NCBI GenBank assembly: GCA_043228905.1
Contig: JBHGNT010000005.1
Span: 18,786,001 to 18,850,000 of the forward strand
Length of the DNA: 64,000 nt
Source of the DNA: Azolla caroliniana
Lineage: Eukaryota > Plantae > Polypodiophyta
Direction of reading: 5' to 3'
The position numbers were made by a program, and so were the translations under genes. Shown here piece by piece: positions 39,973 to 51,287 of the stretch (its first letter is position 1; each line of letters starts with the position of its first letter). Under the pieces are notes generated by a model. The model was not told the origin of the DNA, did not search any database, and saw only the letters and a program-made list of their open reading frames with translations.

Positions 39973-42900
39973 CGTGACTAACTGCTACCGAATATTAAAG
40001 AGGGCAAGTGAGGGAATCGCGGAGAGGGACGGTGCAGGTCGCACCGCTGATGGCGCGTTCGATCTCCACCGTCCAAGATGGATAAAAAGTTGACAGCGTC
40101 TGTCACTAGGAGCTCAACTCTGTGAAAAGGAGCCCAACTCTTTGAAGCCTCTGTCACCAAGAGCCCGACTCTGTCAAAAGGAGCCCCGTTATCAGACAGC
40201 CTCTGTAAGCAGGAGCCCGACTCTATCAGAAGGAGCCCCGTTGTCTGACAACATCAGTTAGAAGGAGCCCGACTCTGTCAAAAGGAGCCCCGCTGTTTGA
40301 CAACCTCTATCATCAGGAGTGACTCAGGGAAGGAGCCCGAATTAAAAACAAATATCTAAAACTCCAAAAAAATGGTAAGTGTATGTAAAGAATCGGGTAT
40401 GATTCTTGTGTAGCGGAATAGGTGAGAGATGTGCGTTATGTGAGTGTAAGAGAAAGAGAGTGAGAGAGACAAGGAGTAAGACACAGAGAATACGCAAGGT
40501 GGGAGGAGAAAGACTCAACATTATACAAGGTGGGAGGAGGGTGCTTTATATAGTCACCCTCTCTCTTCATTAACTACAAGACTCATGGAGCATGGGGAAT
40601 GTGAAAGCTCATAAGTTATATGTCATAGAATATGATTCTATGACTCATACTAAATGTTAGAATACAAAGTGGTGACATAATGGTGACTCTTGACCGTTGG
40701 AGTGTCTATTCACTCTCAAGGTGAGTTCACACACTAGACCAAGTTGAGCCTGATTCTCAACACGCCCCCTCAAGCTCAAGTCGGGTCGATTTCAGACGGT
40801 ATCCGAAATCCGCTTCGACTCGCATTCTGGAGTTCGCGTCGACTCGCATTTATGCGGAGTTGCGGAATACATGCTCCAAGTTGCGTTGTGCGTAGTTGCG
40901 AAGTCTATGCTTCGGCTTGCGTCTTTCGTTGCAGCTTTGCGCGGTAGATCGGCTCTTCGCGGCTTCGTTGCGTGGTTGCGGAATCCACGCGCTATTGCGT
41001 AGTGTGCACGGGTTGCGGAATCCACGCGTTATTGCGTAGTGTCTTCAGTCCTCCCCCTCAAGCTTGGTAGGTCAGGGATCGTCAATCCGAGATCGGTCGT
41101 GAATTGCCATAGCTTGTCGGCTCCTACAGCTTTAGTGAAGATGTCGGTCGTTTGAAGATTTTGTGCTAATGTGTTGTAGGTCGACATTGCCAGCCAGAAC
41201 GCGCTCTCCAATGAAGTGATAGTGCACTTCGATCTGCTTTGTCCGCGTGTGGAACACCGGGTTCCGAGCCATATAGATACTGCTCATGTTGTCGTAGTAA
41301 AGGGAAGTCAGATCCTTGAGTATCCTTTTGAGCCATACGGCTTCACATGCAGCCACTGTCGCGCCCCTGTATTCCGCCTTTGTGCTCGAAAGAGCGACGG
41401 TTGGTTGCTTTTTGTTGCTCCAGGATATTGCTCCGCTGTCGAGGGAAAAAACAAATCCGAAGGTTGATCTTCTATCGGCTTTGTAGCCAACCAAATTGGG
41501 GTCTATGTACCCCTCGAGTCGTATTGGCATCACGGTCTTGTAGAGGATGCCGCAATCCATTGTGCTGCTCACGTATCGTAGAACTCGCTCAGCGCAATCC
41601 AAGTGAGTATCACGCGGTGTTTGCATGAATTGACTACGGAGACCGACCGGATAACTGAGATCGGGTCGTGTGATCGTGAGGTAGATGAGACTCCCGATGA
41701 GTTGCCGATACTGCTTCGGCTCACACGCTTTGGTGCCGGAGTTTGCATCTAGTTTGAGATTGCGATCGAGTGGGGTTGCCGCGGATTTGCACTCAGCCAT
41801 ATCGAACTTGTATTACAAGTTGAGGATGTAGTGCCGTTGAGAGATCATGATTCCGACCGAAGTCCGAATTACCTCAATGCCGATGAAGTAGTGGAGCTCC
41901 TTCATGTTCGTCATCTCGAACTTGTCGGAAAGGAGGGATTTGACCTTATTGATTTCGACGAGATGCTCACCTCCAATGACTAGGTCATCCACATATAAGA
42001 TGCTGACGATCGGACTTGCGGAATCACTTCGTATGTAGAGGGAGTTGTCCGATTTTGACATACGGAAGCCAATTTGATGAAGATATTGCGTTATCTTCGA
42101 ATGCCAAGCACGTGATGCTTGCTTGAGGCCGTAGAGTGGCTTCTTGAGTTGGCATACAACTTTTGGATGGGTGCTCGAGTTGAAGTCGGGTGGTTGTATC
42201 ATGTACACCTCCTCTTCTAATTCGCCTTGTAGAAAGGCGTTCTTGACGTCCATTTGATGGAGGTGCCACCCTTTCGCCGCGGCAAGCGCAATTATGGTCC
42301 GTACCGTCGTCATCTTTGCCACCGGGGCAAAGGTCTCCTCGTAGTCAACTCCGTGCGTTTGTGCGTAGCCTTTCGCTACGAGTCGCGCTTTGTAGCGGTT
42401 GACAGAACCGTCGATGTTGTACTTCACTTTGTAAATCCATCTGCATCCGATCTCCTTTTTGTGTGGTGAGGTGGGAATGAGATCCCACATCTCGTTCTTG
42501 CGTAGTGCCTGCATCTCCTCGTTCATGGCTTCGATCCATCGCGGATCCTTGGCTGCTTCGGAAAATGTTTATGGCTCGCATATTGTTGCCTCCTTCATCA
42601 TAAAGGCATAGTGATATGCCATGTAGTCGTTGTAGCTGAATCGGATGACCGGATTCTTTTTACGGGTGGAGCGACAGAGCTTTTCACTTGCAGAGATGAG
42701 GGCTTTCTTAGCTTTGATTGGTACATCGAAGCCGCCAAACTCACTGTCAAGTGAGTGAGTCGACTCATCATCGTCGAAGCAATCATCTTCGTATTCCGCC
42801 ATTTTCGCCTTGCCTTTGTCCATCTTCGGGTTAGGCCGTGATGTGCTTTGATCGCTCAAAGGCTCTTGTGGTCCGCTCAGTCGAGTCATGATCAGACTTT

Positions 42901-43977
42901 CTTCAAACATGCGCGTAAGGCTATCTTCATCCTCTATCTCTTGTTCGGCGGATTCTGGGTCAAGCGGAGTCGGAGTCGGAGTTATCTCTGGTGCGTACCA
43001 GGATGCAGACTCCTCGAAAATGACGTCTCGACTTACGCGAGATTTTCGAGTTGAGGGGTTGTAGCACTTGTACCCCTTTTGCTCCAATGAGTATCTTATG
43101 AGGATACATTTCTCCAACTTTGGGTCAAGCTTTTGACGCTTCTTGTCGGGGATGTGCACGTACGCTATTGCGCCGAATATCCGGGTGTGCGATAAGTCCA
43201 ACTTCTTTCCAAAGTATTTTTCGTGCGGAGTGACCTCGTGCACGCCGGATGTTGCGCACCGGTTCATTAGGTAGACGACCGTATTTGCAACTTCGGCCCA
43301 ATAAGACTTGGGCATATGCTTCTCGTTCATCATAGCCCGCGCTACTTCGAGGATGTGCCGATTTTTGTGCTCGGCTACTCCGTTTTGTTGCGGAGTGTGT
43401 CGGCAAGTGAATTCTCGCCGAATTCCTTCCTTTCGGAGATACGCCGTGAAATCGTCCGAGAAGTACTCCTTGCCGCCATCCGATCGAAGGCATCGTACAT
43501 GTCGGCCCGTGGCTTTCTCGACTTCATTCTTGAATTTTTGGAAGTGTCCGAACACTTTTCTCTTTTGCCGCATCGGGTAGATCCAAGTGTGCCAAGAGAA
43601 GTCGTCGATGAAGAGCACGTAATATCGGCATCCGCCGAATGTAGCCGTCTGCGCCAATCCCCATACGTCGGAATGGACTACGTCGAGTAGACCTTTGCTC
43701 ACGTTCTGCTCTTTCGGGAATGGGTGTTGGTGTTGCTTGCCGAATTGGCACGCTTCACATACACCTTCAATCTCCTTCTCTTTGAATGTCGGGAGTCCGA
43801 TGACGACTCCTTTCGATTTCATTGCTTTGAGTTTGTTGAGATTGATGTGGTTGATTCGCTTGTGCCATAGCTTTATGTCGGAGTTGGCTTTCGTGCTTTT
43901 TGCGAGCATGGCGCGAGAATTGAGAATGAACATCCGGCCCTCTTTTCTTATGCGCGCGATGATTCAACCCTCTTTTT

Positions 43978-44781
43978 TGTTGGGAGACAGGTCCCTCCGG
44001 ATGGGAAGGGTGAAGAACAGTGCCGATGAACAAACTCGGCCGAGGCCGAAACCGTATGAGGTGCAGACCCGGTATGAACCGGATGAGGAGTACCCGGCTA
44101 CGGAGAGCCGGATGGTGCAGACCCGGTATGAACCGGATGAGGAGTAGCCGGCTACGGAGAGCCGGATGGTGCAGACCCGGTATGAACCGGATGAGGAGTA
44201 CCCGGCTACGGAGAGCCGGATGGTGCAGACCCGGTATGAACCGGATGAGGAGTACCCGGCTACGGAGAGCCGGATGGTGCAGACCCGGTATGAACCGGAT
44301 GAGGAGTACCTGGCTACGGAGAACCGGATGAAGAGACATATTCATAAATATGTTTTCTGATAGTCCACCGAGGCTATATTTGTAAATAGCCGAAAAGTCA
44401 TATTAGTATAAATATGACTTAGGGCAAACTAGTAACTGTTGTTCTTTTCATTTTGTTTGTGCAAGAAGAAAAGAGAGCACGTAACAGTGTACAGAGAGTG
44501 AGAGAGAAAGAGGTCGTTGCCTCTGTTGTAACCGCCGCCTGTGGCGAAGATCGTGAGCACGAGGTCATTGCCTCAGTGAACTCACTGTTGTACATTCTTA
44601 CATAGTGACAGTTTGCAGCCTGTGGGCTGCCGTGGTTTTTCCCCTAGTTTGGGGTTTTCCACATAAACCTCCTGTGTATCTTCCTCTTCTTTGTGTCGTG
44701 TTTTATTTCCCGTTTTCTGTGTATCATTCTAAGCTCGGTTGTGGCCGAGCGTTGTGCATAAGGAGCGTTGAGTTCTTGTCA
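43978..44781 (+). mobile_element. Solo LTR nested in the Copia pol region
   Basis: TGTTGG...TGTCA ends; TSD TTTTT; removing it restores GCFIEKEG; homologous to 48500-49212. Confidence 0.9.
44061..44330 (+). repeat. Five copies of a 54-bp tandem repeat inside the solo LTR
   Basis: Unit GTGCAGACCCGGTATGAACCGGATGAGGAGTACCCGGCTACGGAGAGCCGGATG at 44061, 44115, 44169, 44223 and 44277. Confidence 0.95.
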
Positions 44782-46793
44782 TTTTTCGATGAAGCACCCT
44801 TCTTGGTTGAATCATACTTGCATCCCTTGCTAAACTATTTGGCCGACTGAGACCAAATTTTTCGTGATGGTGGGAACATGCAAGACATTTTTAATGTATG
44901 TTTGCTTACCTCTTTCGCCGAACGGAACATTGCCGATGTGCCGAATCGGGTGCGTAGTGTCATCTCCGGTTTCGACATAACCGGGTCGCTCCGGCTCTCG
45001 AAGTTCGAGAAACCATTCTTTATGAGATGTCATATGGTTTGAGGCTCCAAAGTCAACAAACCATACGTCCTTCGGATTGAGGGCACTTGTTCAGGTAGAG
45101 GCCGACATAGAGTTTGCTCTATGTTTCATCGTGAACATTCCGCCATGATCTTCATAGTCGGAGTTGTGCCTGTACATTCCGCTATGACCTTCGTAGTCGG
45201 AGTTGTGTGTGTAATTCATGAGTTGTCGACTTGTGGAAGCCGATTCGCGCTACTTCTTTCGGCACTCTTCTTCGTGGTGGCCGAGCTTTTTGCAATATCC
45301 GCATTCGGTTGCGTTTTGACGGCTCGGGCCGGAGTGGAAGCTCCCCCTTCTTGTGAAGGTTCCTCGTTGGCCTCCGTTTTGCGGGCGAACTTGGGAGTTA
45401 TTGTCGTAGGTCGGACCTCGTTCGCCTTGTCCTTGGCCGAATCGACCTCTTGCTCTTCCGCGTCCTCTTCCTCTGTTTGAGTGCGTGTAGAGCATGTGGT
45501 CTTCCGACTCATTGCTCCTTGTACGCATGTGGTTTTCTTTGACCAATAGCATTGATTGGAGCTCGAAGAAGGACGGAGATTTCTCCCGTGCTAGAACGAC
45601 GGTTCACATCGCACCGAACCGTGGTGCGAGGCCGCCGAGGCATATTTGCACCATCTCATCATCATCGATATTTACGCTTATTGAGCTGAGCGAATCACAA
45701 AGCTCCTTGATCTTCGAGGTGTATGTCGTGATGGACATGTCACTTTGTTGAATGTTGTTCAACTCTTGGTGGAGTTGAAGCCTTCTTGCGGTTGTGTTCG
45801 CTGCGAAAATCTTTCGTAAATTTTCCCATGCCTCCTTCGGCGCCTTGGCTTCGCGAATGTAGTTGAGCATGTGATCGTGAACACATGTCGCCAAGCAATA
45901 CATCACGCGGCTTTCAGCTTGCCCCCATGTCGCATATCCGAGAGCCGCTTCGGCGGGTCGGTCTTCGTGCTCTCCTTTGATGTAGCTCCAATAGCCTTGT
46001 CCGACAAGGTATTGATGCATCTTGTACTCCCAAGATGCGAAGTTGTTTCAATCCAACTTCTCGGTAGGGAGAGCGCTCCCCATTTGAGTATTCATTATGT
46101 CGATTCTTCTTCTTCTTCTTCTCTCTTCGAATGCAAGCTATGTAGCGAAGCTACGATAGCGATGAGCCGGTTCTTGGTCATCGGCGTAGAGCACAACACA
46201 CGATCACGATGAGGCGAATGGGCTAGATCGAGCTACCAAATCGCTCTAATACCATGTAAAGAATCAGGTATCATTCTTGTGTAGTTGAATAGGTGAGAGA
46301 TGTGCGTTATGTGAGTGTAAGAGAGAGAGAGTGAGAGAGACGAGGAGTAAGACACAGAGAATATGCAAGGTTAAGTATATTAACAAAGGAGAAAGACTCA
46401 ACATTATACAAGGTGGGAGGAGGGTGCTTTATATAGTCACCCTCTCTCTTCATTAACTACAAGACTCATGGAGCATGGGGAATGTGAAAGCTCATAAGTT
46501 ATGTGTCATAGGATATGATTCTATGACTCATACTAAATGTTAGAATACAAAGTGGTGACATAATGGTGACTCTTGACCGTTGGAGTGTCTATTCACTCTC
46601 AAGGTGAGTTCACACACTAGACCAAGTTGAGCTTGATTCTCAACAGTGTACAACAAATATTTGCCATGAAAATGATCATAAAATTTCTCAAAAGAACCTA
46701 AAGATTCAAATAACAAGTCTTACATAAAATATTAAAATGTCAAATGTTGACAACCCTAAAATGAAATATGAATATACACATTACATATTAAGA

Positions 46794-49700
46794 TTATGGC
46801 TCATGTCGGGATGATTGCAAGATGCAACCACAATTTTTACAACATGTAACATTCGAGTCCCTTGAAGTCAAGGTCAAACCATTTCAACACAAACACCGAA
46901 CCTTCTCATGGTCACATATTGGCAATCACCTCTTAGCCCGACTTGCACCTCTTTGTTGTTTTCCAGAGTGGGATTTGGAAGTGTTTTGGGAGTTGCCAAT
47001 AAGTTCTTGCGAGATGTCTATTGTTGCACTTCTTTTGGCACCAATTTGTTGGTTGCGACTTATTGATCTGCCATCTTCTTCATTGGTTGATTTTGGTGCA
47101 CCAATGCGATACACCTTCTCAACCACATCTTCCAGTGTTTGTATACCTTCGACAATAGTTCCACGGTCGAAGGTTCCTAACCCTTGCTCAAGACATTGAA
47201 GTGCTTTCATGACCGTGTGTATTTTGGACTTGAATGATTCAATCTCGGATGTTGTGGGGTTTGTCTCCTCGACTTGTTCTACCTCTGCCTCCACTTCTAT
47301 TTCTGTATTATGGTCCATTAGCATTTGGGTCACGTGATCTATAAAAGGCAACGAGCCACATAAATGTGGCATATGCCTCTCAATAATCACTCGGATACCG
47401 AGTAAATGCTTAAATTTACTCGCAATGTCTTGGCAATCACAATATGAGCATTGGAGTGAGACATTATACCATAGAGTGGGAGTCGTCATGCTCAAGATTC
47501 TAAATCAACATCGGGCCTCGTCGACAATTTCCATTATGGAAGTATCGTCGACATACCTTTCCAATATTCTCTCCGCTTCTTTAAGTCAGGACCTTTGATC
47601 CCTACAATTCGCACGGGGTGCAAACCGACCACTCTCACACATTTCTTGTTGTTGCTTGTACCACTCTATTACTGTTCCTCCTATGCAAGTGCTAGTTTCA
47701 TTGTCCTTGATTAAGACATGAAGAAGGTCGGTAATTGATCAGTTTATTCTTCCTCTCAAGACAGTATACTTGATAAACTACCAATGTCTTTCCACAATAT
47801 TGGTAGTGTCAACGTGTCCATAGTTGAACATTCTACCAAATCTTGGGCCAGAGTTTCCTACACACATGTCAAACCACACCATCCTCCTTCTATATATTGC
47901 CAAACACCGGGCTTGTCTGCATATTCTACCTTTAACTCCTCACAAATCGCATTGAATGCGGATTCAATAATGCATTGCATCAGTTGTCACATTCGTTGAT
48001 AAAGATGGCTTCTCTCAGTTGCACTTACTTTTGGCAACAAGTTGTCCACCCATGACTTTTTGGCGTGAAACTAACACAACAAAAGTCAACAATGTGTTTG
48101 CGACTGTTGCCCATTTACAACAATCCAAGATTGACGGTCTGTTGCAACCACATTAGTTATGGCATTATATGATGTCCAACATTTATCAATCACTATCGCA
48201 TTTGGCCTCACCGTGGGCATCCTTGCGAATATGGCTCTCAAACAAGTTTCTAATGCGACTTGCTCATGGTTTGACCCCTTATCATAACTACAAAGCATGT
48301 ACCATAACGGGATCCCAATTCCCATGGCGTTGGGGGCAACATCTGCATATAATGGTAGCCCGAATTGGTTTGTTTGAAATGTCGAGTCAATTGCCCAAGA
48401 GTTGTTTAGGGTTAACCACTCACACATTTCCAACATCCATTGATCTTGAAGTATCAAGATAAATGGTTGTCTAGCGGGAGATCCTGGTTCACCAGGTAGT
48501 GTTAGGAAACAAGTCCCTCCGGATGGGAAACCGGATCTCGAGTACCCGGCTACAGAAGACCCGGTGAGAACCGGAAGAGGAGTACCCGGCTACGGAAGAC
48601 CCGGTGAGAACTGGACGAGGAGTACCCAGCTATGGAAGACCCGGTGAGAACCGGATGAGGAGTACCCAGCAAGAGCCGGATGGTGAAGACCCAGTGAGAA
48701 CCGAATGAGGAATACCCGACAAGAGCCGGATGGTGAAGGCCCGGTGAGAAGTGCTCACCGGATGAAGGGACATATTCGTAAATATGTTTCTTGAGAGGCC
48801 ATCGGGGCTATATTTGTAAATAGCCGAAAAGTCATATTAGTATAAATATGACTTAGGGCAAACTTAGGATAGGGTGTTGTTGTTATTCTTGTTGGCGTAA
48901 GATTAGAGAGCGCGTAAGATTAGAGAGAGAGGAAGAGGTCGTTGCCTCTGTTGTTACCGCCGCTTGTGGTGAAGATCGTGAGCGCGAGGTCGTTGCCTCC
49001 GTGAGCTCACTGTTGTAACCATTGTGATATAGTGATAGTTTGCAGTCTATGGGTTGCCGTGGTTTTTTTCCCTAGTGTGGGTTTTCCACGTAAACATCCT
49101 GTGTACTCTTCTCTTCACTGTGTTGTGCGTTCCATTCCCCGTTTTTTCTGTGTATGATTCTAAGCTCGGTTGTGGCCGAGCGTTGCGCATAGGGAGTGTG
49201 TAGTTCCTGTTAGGTAGGTAGGGTTGAACATGAGCCACTTTCCCAAGATCTCGGAGTGCATAAGCATCTTGCATCATCAAAGCCCAATCAACCTTAGTCA
49301 TGGCACTTCCGATTTTTAACCTATTTGCCATGTTATGGACCTCCTTTGGCATCATAAAGAACCGATAACTAACAAGCTGTAATGGACTAGCCTTGGACTT
49401 ATGATATGCTTCCTTACACATGCCTTGTACTGGCAAATGGTACACATATGACCTACTACATGGTACATGACCACTATGAGGTCCATATATTGAAATGGTA
49501 AGTGTCTCATTGTCAACAACGTCATTCATTCTAACGTACACATGGAATGTGCACCCACATCGGGGTGTGCACATGCGTCGTCGAGTGGAATTAGATGCAA
49601 ATCGAGATGTCCCAGCACGATGGCAACTATACCTAGTCACACGCATACCCTTGTTGACTCCTTTCCTTAAATGTGTGTGGTACTTGGTTTGCAAATCTGT

Positions 49701-50360
49701 GAGCACATCATCTAACTAGTGGGTTTCTACCTTGATCACTTCTATGGGTAGGGTCTTGTTATATTTGGCCATGCTTGATCCCAAACCTTCTATCGGGTCG
49801 ACCATCGATACCATTTGGCAACCACAACTTGTAATGAGTGCTTTTACGTACTCCGGTGTGATGCTATAATCACGTACATCAGTCGCATAAACTAGCTTTA
49901 ACTCTTTAAGAGTCTTTGGAAACGTGTGATGGGATGTGCCACCATGTGACGCTAATACTACTTCCCTCCATTTCTCAACGTATACTACTTGAAGATTAGG
50001 TGATGCTTTAAGGTAAATTGCACTCTCATTCTCGAGTATGAGATGACTCTTCATGTGCCTCCATGCATGAAGTGAAAGTGTTGCACCCCTTGCGACATCA
50101 CGTAATGCTTCCAATGTTACCTTAACTTGTCCTAATAAATCTTTAACCATCAAATTATATGTACCTCTTGAAAATGCAAAATACATGGGGGAACAATACA
50201 TGAAGGGATTCACCGCCTCATCCTCATGATCGGAATCTGATGACTCAAAAGGAATATCCAGTTCGTCCTTAGATACAAACGATGCATTGGACGACCATGA
50301 CGTATCCTCCGATTCATATTCCGACATGGCAAAGACACCATGATGCATTGTGCTCATCAT
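46794..50360 (-). pseudogene. MULE transposase (H2C2-like, WRKY/FAR1-like, MULE DDE, SWIM), disrupted
   Basis: VLASHGGTSHH...ITSCGCQ; YSCHRAG...RCGC...HSGH; WAIDSTFQTNQFGLPLY; IVIDK; TTNIVERHW; YNVSLQCSYCDCQDIASKFKHL. Interrupted by stops, deletions and a solo LTR. Confidence 0.85.
48500..49212 (+). mobile_element. Solo LTR, same family as 43978-44781, inserted in the transposase
   Basis: TGTTAG...TGTTA (CA>TA); TSD GGTAG, with the empty site in copy 2 at 56696-56700; internal 40-bp x3 and 50-bp x2 repeats. Confidence 0.9.
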
Positions 50361-51287
50361 AACAAATACAATATGATCAAGAATGCCAGTGATTGAGGTG
50401 AATGAAGTGAATGTGAGAGATTATGCGAATGAATGAAATGAATTAATTCAAATAATTCACTTGAATGGAGTGGATTATTTCAGCTCTTCTTCAATGATTT
50501 AGTTCGAGAATGTTTAGGGCTATTAGTGAATGATCGAGAAAGCGGGTGAATGAAATTAGTGCGAGTGATTAATAGACCGTTAAGGAAGGGAAGGAATTCA
50601 ACCCTTAGTGAATGAGTCTACCTCTTAGTGCATGCTATTGAATTTGGTGAATCAATTTAGTGTAGTCGTTAGTATGATCGTTGAAACACCATCATTATAC
50701 GTAGTTGGGCACTTGACTATTAATGAGTCGGGCTCCCTTTTTGAAATGAGTTGGGCTCCTCATTAATCAGTCGGGCTCCCTCTTTTGTAACGAGTCGGGC
50801 TCCTCATTAATCAGTTGGGCTCCCTCCTATAACATTGTTGTACATTGCTTTGTCTACCTTTTCCATTATTGACTAGTATTGCGTTATTGTACATTGCTTT
50901 TGAATAAGATTCACATTGAGTCACACACTAACCAGAATGAGATTCAAATTGAGTCATATACAACCAGAATGAGATTCAAATAATAAGACTCACAACCAGA
51001 ATGTTCATCAAATTGAGTCATATACAATCAAAATGAGATTCAAATATTGATTTGATATTACAAAATGAGATTAAGATAGAGTCCACATTGAGTCATATAC
51101 AACCAAAATGAGATTAAAATATTGATATTATATTACAAAATGAGATTCAAATAGAGTCCACATTGAGTCATATGCAACCAAAATGAGATTCAAATATTGA
51201 TTTGATATTACAAAAAAGTTGGCAATCCGCATGAGATAGTACATCGAAATCATATGTTTGATGTTAGAAAGTACAACATGCTAGTGA

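Larger units (their letters stand above)
40384..46645 (-). mobile_element. Full-structure but frameshifted Copia LTR retrotransposon inserted in MULE copy 1
   Basis: LTRs 40384-40762 and 46255-46645 (TG...CA); TSD GTGTA, with the empty site seen in copy 2 at 54596-54600; PBS TGGTATTAGAGC 46243-46254; PPT AGCTTGAGGGGGCG. gag 45604-46020, integrase 42569-43933, RT 41813-42526, RNase H 41132-41800. Confidence 0.96.

Noticed and set aside
39995-40010. TTAA-GAG...CTC ends suggesting Sola3 or Kolobok
   Set aside because: The inverted repeat extends about 27 bp further out, so this is internal to the TIR, and the transposase motifs are MULE-type.
39771-40093. ORFs rich in MYVC/VCMY
   Set aside because: Translations of the (TATG)n microsatellite and TIR; the same applies to 12-257 and 28075-28323.
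40100-40345. GGAGCCC repeat array as CRISPR-like
   Set aside because: The units are degenerate subterminal repeats, mirrored at the other end of the transposon.
44061-44330. Regular repeats resembling a CRISPR array or repeat protein (VQTRYEPDEEYPATESRM)
   Set aside because: No unique spacers, no cas genes, eukaryotic context; it is a minisatellite inside a TSD-flanked solo LTR, and the ORFs are by-products.
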